This document shows, piece after piece, positions 24,205 through 35,300 of a DNA stretch of 64,000 bases. The stretch is from Macrostomum lignano (taxonomy: Eukaryota). Location: positions 186,001 through 250,000 of the forward strand of contig NIVC01001095.1 of assembly GCA_002269645.1 (NCBI GenBank), given 5' to 3'. Both the position numbers and the translations under genes were made by a program. The notes under the pieces were generated by a model that saw nothing but the letters and a program-made list of their open reading frames with translations, was not told the origin of the DNA and did not search any database. Every line of letters begins with the position of its first letter. Position 1 is the first letter of the stretch.

Positions 24205-25830
24205 TATAGCAATATAGAATAGCACAAACACAAAATGTAAAAAATAAAGATATACAGTACTATAGGACCTAATACCATATTGAGCTTTATAAAATTTGCA
24301 CAAATATTTAGTTGTGCTATGCTGTGTCTTTTGAGACATAGTAACTGTATCTATCATCTAAAAACTTATAAGAAATAATAGCCACATCTCTAATAGTGAC
24401 TAGGTCCATACTTATAGACATAGCCAGGTGCTATGCAATGCATGCATATAACATTAGAACATTTAGACATGGTGTCCATGTCTATACAATATAGAATGTA
24501 GCAAAAATCAACATTTTTTCAAGTAAACAATGTGTTTTTCATGATACTATACATTGTCAAGTTTATTTTGAACAGAAAATGAGTAGATTAGAAGTGAATA
24601 AAAACAATTTTTTTGAGGTATAAATTTAATAAATATTTTAAGTAATTTGTTAGTCTATAAATTGAGAGGCAAAGTCCAAGGATAGATTGATAGCAATATA
24701 GCTAACAATACAGAATTTATAGCCAGTGCCCCCTCCCTCAGAACACATGGAGAACATAGCTTTGGGTGCAACCTAGGGATTCACCTGGCTGTTTCTTTTG
24801 ACAACACACACATGTAAGTTGCTATTGGACAGAATAATAGTCACTTGACTACTCTCAGCCAATAGCAACTTACATGTATGTGTTGCCAATAGAAATGGCT
24901 GAGTGATTCCCAAGGTTGCGAACTTTGGAAAGCAAAATTCCTGCAAGCAAAGTTTGGCAGGCAAAATTCAGCAAGCATTCATGAATTGGGGTATGAAGGA
25001 TCGATCACCCTACTTACGACGGCCTTAGGGCCTACTAAAGTCTACTACTACAGCCCAGGCTATACGTATCGAAAAGCTCTAGTCCGATTGTCCCTGATTT
25101 GTCCTTATGAACTACGACCAAGCCTTGCTGGAATGAACTTTCGAAATATTATTATTCTTAAGGTCAGGTCAGGACATCAAAGGCTACTCTTTGAGTCGCC
25201 AAATTTTACCTCAAGATTTTAGTTAGCACTTGACAATCACAGCACTTTTCGTTCTGTTTTGATAAGATGTATTGGTTTCCCGACAGACATTCAGACAGAC
25301 ATTCAGAAATCGTTCATTAAATGTTTAACAAAATTGTCTATTTATTACGCAAGATACTGTGAATTTATAGAAACTTTTACGCATGTCTCTGCTTTAAAAA
25401 GACACCTCAGACACACACAAAGACGCTTCACAAGCTGAGATATTCCTTAGCAACTGTTGTTACGACGTTTCCCAATATACCGAATACTGTATATAGTAGT
25501 TTTTTGAGAAGCTGCTACATCGTCCCACTTTGATCTTTCTGCATGAAATTTGCACAGCTGTTGCCCCCAGGACCCCGGGTCCTGCACGTAATGGCGTGGT
25601 GAACTATCTGTGCAGTATGAGACTGGTATGGCCTTTATCCCAGCCAGCGATGCTCACACCTGCCTCCCCTGGCGGGCTGATAGCTCAAGAGACTCTGTCT
25701 CCTGATTTTCACCTTGCAAGGCGCACTTCGAAGGGTACTCGTCCCGTGGGTGTTAAGGCAGGCCCCCTTGGGCCCTGCCGAGCTGATTCGTTGGCGCCGG
25801 GTCCTGGTGTGACCATAAACGCACCCTCTA

Positions 25831-27546
25831 ATGTCCCAGTGTAACTCCGTGCTGATGGACGCTTGGCCAGGGAGTAGTCTGGTCGCTAACGGTTCCCCTT
25901 GCGCTTTTGGGCCCCCCGCAGGGTGGTATTTTGCTTTTTGGGGGCCTGCCGCTTGGTTTGGGGTTGCGGCCTTGCGGCTCTTTGCCTGTGTTCTGCAGGA
26001 AGTCCCACCTTTTTACTTCCAGCCAATGGCTTCTAACCGAAGTAACAAACCGGCTGTGGATGACACAGTGCCTCCGGCCTCGGCTGGGGCCGTGGACTCC
26101 TCGGCCATACCACCTGCTACCATCGGGGACGCCTCGGCGAGACCCGTGGAGCCAACTCTGAGCGGTGCCTCCGAGAAGACACCTGCTACTCCAGCTGCTA
26201 AGAAACGCAGCACCACCTCTGGAGCTGCCCGCCGTCGACTTAACAAGGCGAGGCGGGCCAAGGAGGGCGGAAGCCAAACCGGTGCCAGGGGCCAACGGCC
26301 CGCGGCAGCGGAAGCTTCCCAGTCTGGGGCGGTGGCGGAAGAGGGCCTCGAGCCCACGGAAGCCCCTGCCCAGGATAGGGAGGCCGATGCAGCCGGGAGG
26401 GTGGACAGCCCACCTGAAGAAAGCTCCACTGACCCCCGGGCCTCCTACGCTGATGCGGCAAAGAGGCAACCGGCGGTTGTCATCCTGGGAAAGGACGCGC
26501 GCCTGTCTCCCGATCAGCTGAAGCAGGTGAGAAGTGCCGTTGATGGCCTCCTGTGGAAGCAAACTCTGAAGGGCACGCCTCTGAACATTCATTCGAATGC
26601 GACGAGGGACTCGTGCCTTCTCATTTGGCCCAGTGATGCTGACTCGGGTCGGCGGCTCCTTGAGCTGCTGCCCGAGCAGAGCTGGGACCTCAACCTAGCC
26701 TTCTGCAGAGAGGACGAGCGCCCCCGGACCAAGAGGCATCGAATCTGGGTCCCGGCCAGGAGCGTTGTTACCTCTGCTGACGAGCTCCGGAAAGGACTGC
26801 TAGCAGTCAACCGGGAGCTTCCCGCCGCGGGCCTAGTGGTGCATGACACCCTTAAGCGCACCGACGGCACTGGCTTCACAGCCATCCTGGGGCTGTCGGA
26901 CGCCTGGATGAGGCGTTATCCACACGGCAGCTTCATCAACGTCGGCCTTTGGAAGCTGCGCATCCGCTCCTACGAGGCCGACCCTCCCCGTGGCAGTGAG
27001 CAGGGCGGGCGGGATGCGGAGGCGGCCGGGGCCGAGGCGCAAGCCTCTGCTCAGACTGCCAAAGCAAACCGCCCTGCCCGGCAGCACGGCCGCGCGGGCA
27101 AAGCTGAGCGCGCTGCTGAGGGCGGAGGCGACCGACGCCCGGCGCGTAGCACCAAGCGGCGCGGCCTGTACCAGCGTGCAGCTGAGGCAGTCCGTACCGC
27201 CAAAATCTCCCAGCTGAGGCGAGAGGTCGCCGGGACGCCTAGGCGCACCAGTTCGTCCAGGGAGGGTGGGGACGTCCCAGCTGGGCCCAACCCCTCGGGG
27301 CAGGGCCGACTGGAGACGGACCCGCCTGCCCAGGCGGCTGGCTGCTCCAGGGCATTGGGCCAATCTGAGGCGGAGGACCCCATGGATGGTGGGCAAAGGG
27401 CGGCGAACGCTGCCTACTGCCTTCCGGCCAATCGGGGGCCTTTTGCTGAAGAAGAGCCCATGGACACCGGCGACCCCGACCCGAAGCCGGTGAGCGCCGA
27501 GGAGGAGGAGGAACTCCTGGCGGCTGCAACATCCGATCTGCAATGA
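25831..27546 (+). CDS. ORF1 (gag-like) of the non-LTR element; likely start MASNRSNK at 26027
   Basis: SYADAAKR motif and a RHRIWVP..RKGLLAVN segment resembling LOA/Lian ORF1. Its stop overlaps the ORF2 ATG (ATGA). Confidence 0.8.
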   Translation: MSQCNSVLMDAWPGSSLVANGSPCAFGPPAGWYFAFWGPAAWFGVAALRLFACVLQEVPPFYFQPMASNRSNKPAVDDTVPPASAGAVDSSAIPPATIGDASARPVEPTLSGASEKTPATPAAKKRSTTSGAARRRLNKARRAKEGGSQTGARGQRPAAAEASQSGAVAEEGLEPTEAPAQDREADAAGRVDSPPEESSTDPRASYADAAKRQPAVVILGKDARLSPDQLKQVRSAVDGLLWKQTLKGTPLNIHSNATRDSCLLIWPSDADSGRRLLELLPEQSWDLNLAFCREDERPRTKRHRIWVPARSVVTSADELRKGLLAVNRELPAAGLVVHDTLKRTDGTGFTAILGLSDAWMRRYPHGSFINVGLWKLRIRSYEADPPRGSEQGGRDAEAAGAEAQASAQTAKANRPARQHGRAGKAERAAEGGGDRRPARSTKRRGLYQRAAEAVRTAKISQLRREVAGTPRRTSSSREGGDVPAGPNPSGQGRLETDPPAQAAGCSRALGQSEAEDPMDGGQRAANAAYCLPANRGPFAEEEPMDTGDPDPKPVSAEEEEELLAAATSDLQ

Positions 27547-30500
27547 TGCCAACGACTACCTGGTGTCTGCAGATCAACACCCAGCACTGCGTGGCGGCGT
27601 CGGTCAACCTGATGCGCACGGCAGAGCAACAGCTTCCGGGCCTGGTCTTCGTACAGGAGCCCTGGATGACTAAAGGTAAGCCAAATAATGTGCCATCTGG
27701 CTACCACTGTTTTTGCATGGCGGGCTCTCAGCCTCGCCCAAGATCTCTGGTCTTTGCTGCAAAAGCTTTTGAGGCATGGATGAGACCTGATCTCTCGACT
27801 GGGGACATCTGTGTTGTTCAAATCAATAACCTCATTCCCAATAAACCTGTGCTGGTAGCTTCTGCCTATTTCCCGGGCGATGCCCCAGTTGTCTGCGACG
27901 CGTTAGTCAACCTTACTGACTATGCTGCGTCCCATCGGTTCGAGCTGCTCATTGCAGGGGATGTGAACGCACACCACCTGCATTGGGGCAGCAAGAACAT
28001 CAATAGCAGAGGCGAGGAGCTGCTGGCCTATGTCAGCAGCACTAACCTCAACTTCTGTAACGTGGGCAATGCACCAACGTTCAATAATGGGCGGTGGGCC
28101 GAAGTCATCGACACCACCATCGCCTCACCCGGACTGCTTTCCGCAGTTACGGGCTGGCGAGTGTGGGACGAGGACTCGCTCTCGGACCACCGCTTTATCC
28201 GCTTTTGCATTGGGCCGACCAAGCAAAAGCCTAAGGTCACTTGGAGTCGGAACGTCAGAAACACCGATTGGGCCGCCTTTGGCTCGAAGCTGAGCCGCGG
28301 CCTTCGGGATCTTGACCCCCCCAGTGACCTCTCTGACTGCCAGGTGGTGGACGATCTCGCCTCCTCCCTGGGCGGGGCGATCACCACTGCCTTTGAAGCA
28401 GCCTGCCCCCTAAAGGCCTATAAAGGCAAGAAATCTGCTCCCTGGTGGAACCCAGAGCTCGGGGCCCTTCGGCGCCGAGCCAGGACCCTCCAAAGGCGAG
28501 CGCTCAAAACCAAAGACCCATCTGACAGAGAGGCCTATACCCGTGCGATCCACGAGTTTAAGGGCCAAGTCAGAAGGGCCAAGACGGCCAAGTGGCGCCA
28601 ATATTGCGAAGGGCTTGAGGGCTCTCGCCCCGTAGCCCGCGTGGTTAAGGCACTCACTAATGACCGTTTTTCTAAACTCTCTGTTGTGAAGAGACCTGAC
28701 GGCTCGGTCACAGAGAGTTCGGAAGAGACTCTAGAGCTCATGCTCAACAGTTTTTTCCCTAAATCTCCGACTCAGCAGGGCCCGCCCGACCACACAGTGG
28801 GAGGGCAAGGCCTAGCAAAGTCTATGATCACCAAAGACCGCATTATTAGAGCGGCAAGGTCCTTTAACCCGTTCAAGGCGCCTGGGCCCGACGGCATCTA
28901 CCCAGCGTTCTTGCACGAGGCGGTGAAAAACCACCGCTTCCTGGACCTGCTCTGTCGTCTCCTTCGAGCTTGTATGGAGCTGGGCTATGTACCAGTTGCA
29001 TGGAGAGAGGCCCGGGTGGTCTTTATCCCCAAGCCTGGAAAGAGCGACTACCAATCGGTGAAGGCCTTCAGGCCTATCAGCCTCACTTCTTTCTGCCTCA
29101 AGCTCCTCGAGAGACTGGTGCTTTGGCGCCTACTTTCGGTCGAGCTGAAGCGCTTCCCACTCTCGCAGAACCAGCACGCCTTCCGCGCGGGCAGGTCAAC
29201 CGAGAGTGCTCTCCATGTCATTGTTGACTTCCTGGAGAGGGCCGTTCTTGGCAGCGGCTTTGCCCTCTCGCTTTTCCTGGACATTGAGGGGGCCTTCGAC
29301 AACGTCATCTTCGAGGCCTTTTGCAGAGCCCTGGAATCCAGGGCCACGCACCCTCACCTTGTCCGGTGGATCATGTTCATGATCCGAAACCGCACTGTTG
29401 TGGCCCACCTGAGCGGCAGCTCTCTTTCGGTGCCTGTCCTGAAAGGGGGCCCCCAGGGCGGCGTTCTCACCCCCGTTCTCTGGAACATGGTCATGGATGA
29501 GTTGCTTTGCAGTGATCTCCACGACCCCATTCTCAAGGTGGGCTATGCCGATGATGTGACCGCGATATGCGCGGGCCCCTCGGTTGATACCATCAGAGAC
29601 CTTCTGCAGGGCTTTCTGGGACGAGCGGAGCGTTGGGCAGACCAATGTGGCCTTAGACTCTCAGAGTCGAAAACCACAGCAGTCATGTTTACCAACAAAC
29701 TGCTCTGGACCATTAAGCCCCTCACCCTCTATGGAAAGAATATTTCCATGGAGAAGCAGGTCCGCTGCCTGGGCCTCACTCTGGACCACAGGCTTAACTG
29801 GACTCCGCACATTCAAACTAAAGCCAAAAAAGCCCTGGCTGTACTGGCTCAGATCAGGCGCGCCGTGGGCACCACCTGGGGGCTCACCCCCAGGAAGCTG
29901 TGGTGGATTTACACTGCCATCATCCGCCCCTCGATCAGTTACGCCAGCCTCGTGTGGGCTAGCGGCCTGAGCGTCAAGAGCAACCTCGACGCTCTCTACA
30001 AAATCCAGGGCAGAGCCTGCCGCATGACTATGGGCGCTCCACCCTCTACTCCTTTTGAAGGCATGAATGCCTTCCTCTGCGCCCCTCCTTTGGATATTTA
30101 TATCAAAGGAGAGGCGGCGAAGAGCACCCGGCGTCTTCTGGATGCTGGGTGGCCTTCAAGAAAGTGCGGGCCTTTAAGAAGCGGTCGCTTATCCCGCACT
30201 CTGACCTCTGCCTCAAGGCTCTCGAGGAGTGTGGCGGGCTCAACATCCTCACGGACTCGATCCCAGCCACCCTTCTCCTGAGCCAAAGGTATAAGGTCAC
30301 CATTCAGCCTCGACACGAGGCGAGTGACAGCTGGAGCGACTCTGAAGTCCACTGTTACACTGACGGCTCTATGAGGCATGGTCTTTCAGGCTTCGGAGCT
30401 TGCGTCTTCTTCAAGGGAGAAGTGGTGTGGAGCTACTCCCAGCACACTGGGCTCAACTCCAGTGTTTTTCAGAGCGAGGTGCTTGCCATCAGCTCCTGCG

Positions 30501-31246
30501 CGGCAGAGCTGCGCCGAAGGCAGCTTAGCGGCCGGAAATTTATTTTTCACTCTGACAGCCAAGCAGCCCTTCGGGCCCTCTGCCGCAGCACCGCCAGCTC
30601 CAGGTCCGTCCTGGACTGCAACACCCAGCTCAACGGGCTTGCGCTAGGCAACCAGGTGGAGCTCAGATGGATCCCGGGCCACGCCGGCTTCCTCGGCAAC
30701 GAGCGCGCTGACCTGCTGGCCAAGGCTGGCTCCGCCGGCGCGCTATTGGGGCCGGGCCCGGGTGCCCCCATCCCCGCCTCGGTGATCAATTCCCGCGTTA
30801 AGCGCTGGGCTGACTCCGAGCATCTCCGCAGGTGGCACGACACCCGGAATTGTAGGCAATCCCGTGCTGCCGTCCCCTGTCCCTCTCCTCTCCTGCGTAG
30901 AGCCCTCCTCAGGCTCAACCGCAGAGACCTCAGAGCAGTTAGCATGGCCCTCTCCGGGCATGGCTGCTTCTCTCGCCACCGCTTCCTTCAGGGCCAAGTA
31001 GCCGAGGAGCGGTGCCCCTTCTGCCGCTCAGGCAGTGAAAACGCCGAGCATTTTATCTGCCACTGCCCGGTTTTCACCAGGGCCAGGCTTACTCACCTCG
31101 GGCCAAACCCGGTTCTCTCCGACGTTTGCAGGCCCGAGAGCATCCCACTGCTCGCCCGGTACCTCAGGGACACCGGACGAGCTGATTTCTTCCCCACCGT
31201 CGGTGAGGAGGACCGCGCTGCAGGCGAGACCGACGGGTCCCCCTGA
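27543..31246 (+). CDS. ORF2: APE endonuclease, reverse transcriptase, RNase H, CCHC finger; one frameshift near 30150
   Basis: APE: LQINTQH, VQEPW, GDVNAHH, SLSDH. RT: KAPGPDG, GGPQGGVLTPVLWN, GYADD. RNase H: CYTDGS, SEVLAI, HSDSQAAL, WIPGHAG..GNERAD. Finger: CPFC..EHFICHC. Confidence 0.95.
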
Positions 31247-32392
31247 GCGACACCACTTCAACGGAAGTCGTTGGTCGCCAGGGGCTAGCGGAATGGGCGG
31301 TCTCCTCCGCCTCCTCGCTGCATCCGCCGGACGCCCCCTGCAGCTAAGTCAAGTAAGTCAAGTCAATTTGCACAGCTGTTTTACGCATGTCTATGCTTTA
31401 AAAAGACACCTCAGACACACACAAAGACGCTTCACAAGCTGAGATATTCCCTAGCAACTGTTGTTACGACGTTTCCCAATATACCGAATACTGTATATAG
31501 TAGTTTCTTGAGAAGCTGCTACATCGTCCCACTTTGATCTTTCTGCATGAAATTTGCACAGCTGTTTTACGCATGTCTCTGCTTTAAAAAGACACCTCAG
31601 ACACACACAAAGACGCTTCACAAGCTGAGATATTCCATAGCAACTGTTGTTACGACGTTTCCCAATATACCGAATACTGTATATAGTAGTTTTTTGAGAA
31701 GCTGCTACATCGTCCCACTTTGATCTTTCTGCATGAAATTTGCACAGCTGTTTTACGCATGTCTATGCTTTAAAAAGACACCTCAGACACACACAAAGAC
31801 GCTTCACAAGCTGAGATATTCCCTAGCAACTGTTGTTACGACGTTTCCCAATATACCGAATACTGTATATAGTAGTTTCTTGAGAAGCTGCTACATCGTC
31901 CCACTTTGATCTTTCTGTATGAAATTTGCACAGCTGTTTTACGCATGTCTCTGCTTTAAAAAGACACCTCAGACACACACAAAGATGCTTCACAAGCTGA
32001 GATATTCCCTAGCAACGGTTGCCTGAAGGCATGCTCATATCTAACTTGCATTTGGACACCGGCATGGAATGTACGTTATACTTGTATTTGCCTTCTACCG
32101 ATCTGAAGCACTTTACTTTAGGCAGATCTATCAGCAATATTAACACTGTACAGGAGGCAGTTTTTCTTTATGTACATTCGTTGTCATTTTGCCATGTACA
32201 TTACGCAAGAGGCCTAACACAGAATATGCCTGCACCCTGTTTTGGTATATAATCTTTCTCACTAACAAGCTCATTTTGACAATATGGATGAATTGTCTCT
32301 GCTGACTACAATATCTCTATCTTATATTGGCAAGAGTACAATAAGCACTAGCATATTTTGGTACTTAATTCATCTGACAGTTTTTTTTCGGC

Positions 32393-35300
32393 ATGAGGTT
32401 GTCAATATGCATTTTGGCTTTGTTCCTGGTCACCATCTCAATGAGTTTCCCTACCAAGGAAGAAGTAAGCATTTTTTTGGCTTTGTGAGAGACTGACGTC
32501 TACGAATGGCTATATAGGCAAGGACCACTGTAGTGCGAGAAGAAGGACTCGGCACTCACAAACTACGGAAAAATTTTTGAAGGCTGATTTTCCACAGGCT
32601 TCGTGTCTGACTACCAGTGCGCCATTTTTGTGCAACCACATAAATTTGTGCTTTATTCATGCTTATTGCTCTGCTCATTTTTGATGCATGTTGTGCACGT
32701 AATTACATGCATACATGTAATTTTTTCTATTAATTTTTTTCAATAAATGGCTACAAGCACTAGACTTTCAAGATTTTCAAGTACGAGACACCTCGTGCAA
32801 TATGCCATAATTGCCATAAATTAATTGCCATAATTGCTTACTGAGAACCTCTCATCACAATGTATCACAGAAGAAATCAGCCGGCAGAAGTGAGCTGCAG
32901 AGATGCAAACTGATACAATATACAAAAAGCATTAGCCGTATCACTGCACTATCAGAGGACAGTACAAAAATCTTTGTAAGTGGCAAGCATCACTAAACTG
33001 GGTGGTAAGGTCAGCCAATGGCCAATGTTCTTTAAAAATTCAGCTGCTAATGTAGTAAAAAAATCATCTTAATGTCTGTATCTGAAGAGGCAGCATCAAA
33101 CTGAAAATCAGCCTTCAAAAATTTTTACGTGGTTTGTGAGTGTCGAGTCCTTTTTCTACAGTGGTCCTTGTATGTACATGTAGGTTTTGCAATGTAATTT
33201 GGAGTGCTAAATTATGGCTTATGAAGTACAGGTGTCTTGCCTGTGGTTGTCTAGAGGCCTTCAATAGGAACGCTGCCCCGGTGAAGTACAGTTGCTTGAG
33301 CTCCTCTGGGAAGTCTCCGGGTTGATCTAGTAGCGTTGGTAGTGCTGCCACCAGCTTCGCAGAGTCGCAGCCTTCGTGAGGTGCTGAGCTCGTAGAAGCA
33401 AATAACTAAGACGAGAGAAAGAGACTCGCACTTCGTGCAGATTTAGCAGTTCTCGCGCAGAGGTGCCCACCGTCAGCAGTCCCTGCCGGGCTGGTGCGGG
33501 GTGAGAGCGAAAGTGCTAGCTTCGGGCGATCTGAGCTGGCCTGCTAGCTGATAGCAGGAACAATCAGAGCCAGAGGCAGTCACGCGCAAAGTCGGGAGTC
33601 TTGGAGTTCAACTTAAGCGTCAACTTGGCACAAACTTAGAGTTCGCTAGAAACGAAACGGAAGGAACGCTAGGAAAGCTTGGAAAGCTAGGAACGCGAGG
33701 AACGGTAGGAACGCTGAAAACGCAGAAACGAGAGGCTGAAACGGAAGGGCCGGTTAACGGAAGGAAAGAAAGGCTTGTCTGAGCCAAGCCAGGAGAGGGG
33801 CTGCATTTATAGGGAGGATCGATTGCACCATAGCACGAAAGGCCCCCGCTGAGAGTCATAAGTGACTCTGTTGCTATTTTTAGCAACAAACAAGCGGGCC
33901 CTGCCTCAGAGGAGGCAAGGGGGGGTCCGGGCGCACGTGATCTCCCCATAAACACGAGCCCAGCGTACAATGATGAAATCATTGCACTTTGGACTAAAGA
34001 AGGAAGAGGGCCTTGTCATGTGACTGACTCACATGACAAGGGGAAAAGGCCCACAAGTGAAGGCACTCGTGACCGTGGGACCGGAAAACAGGAAGGCACT
34101 CCAAATTTGGAGATGCCTGACAGAGAACGAAACAGAGGCAGGCCAGACCAAGCTGTCTGGGCACTGCAAAAAGGGAAAGCGAGACAAAAGGGGCAAACGA
34201 GGACAAACAGACAGACAGACAAACGGGCAGAGGACAGGCCAGGGACAGGCGGGAGGGACAGGCAACTGCCCAGCGGCAGACAGAAACCTGGGGAGAAGGC
34301 GAGGGCAACAGCTGACTAGTGCGGCGCCTAACTAAACTAGCGACTCACTACACTCTCCCCGTTCAAATAAAGAGGCGGAGTGAAGCGGCGCGCGCTTTAT
34401 TTAAAACAAAGTAAACGTGAATTTACTGACAAAAGAAAACACACAAAATTTCAAATGCGCTCGTGAAATTGCGCGACTGGCCAGGTCGTAAAGATAGTGG
34501 CCTGATACCGCGGGGGCGCCAACCCGCTAATAGCCTGCGCCTAACTATTCCTCGTGCTCCAGCCCGCAAAATTAGTGCTCGAATTTGGTGTGGGGGCGCC
34601 GGCCCACCCTAGAAATGGCGCCTAAATATTGCGCGGGCGATACCTGAATACACAAGCCAACCGGCTTAAAATTCCTGCATAAGGGCGCTTAACTAGCGCG
34701 GCAAACGGGGCAACTTCATTGTCAACAGGGCGTACATCAGCGTACGGCCGCCAATCAGTCAAAATAGCACAGACGCGGAGTCATCAAGAGCATCGGCAGG
34801 TCTTCTTCCCCGCCGCCCATGAATCGGGCAACGCGGACGGCCGCCAGGTGGAGAGCGTACGGCCGGTTCGGCCGCTCCAGGTCGGGGCCGGCCAGGCCGA
34901 CCGCCTCCGCGAATAACCGGCTCCTCTCCTCGGCCGTGGTTTGACGGAGCTCCGCCCAGATCGGGCCACCGAGGTCAACGATTTCTCCGCCTTGCCGAGC
35001 CGCTCTGACGAGTACAGCGCTTATCAGGTTGGCGCCGGCAGCGATGACGGTAGCTCGGTATTCCGGTATTGGCGACTCCGTTTGAGTGCCGGTATCGAGC
35101 GTTTCCGCCGGACGTTCGGGCGATGGTGGCGGGGCCCTGGGCAGGGTGCGGCGCAGCGACGCGGCCAGGTCGGTCCAAACAGCTGAGGAGCATGCGGCCG
35201 CTCCCTGAGTGTCATCGGTCCAAGACATCGGAGACGGGGCCGCGTCGGGATGCCTGGCGTCGTCGAGATCCCCTCCGCGTTCATCTGTTCCGCCGGGCCT

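Larger units (their letters stand above)
25563..31364 (+). mobile_element. Full-length non-LTR retrotransposon, LOA/Lian-like (R1 group, RNase H-containing)
   Basis: 16-bp TSD AATTTGCACAGCTGTT at 25547-25562 and 31365-31380; 3' tail of (AAGTC/AAGT) repeats; two ORFs. Confidence 0.93.
25375..32016 (+). repeat. Left TIR 186-bp subrepeat array (interrupted by the non-LTR element)
   Basis: Period 186 (31370, 31556, 31742, 31928). Confidence 0.95.

Noticed and set aside
33115-34335. ORFs inside the LTRs (duplicated at 42147-43392)
   Set aside because: Low-complexity, on both strands, with no homology cues; they recur only because the LTR is duplicated.
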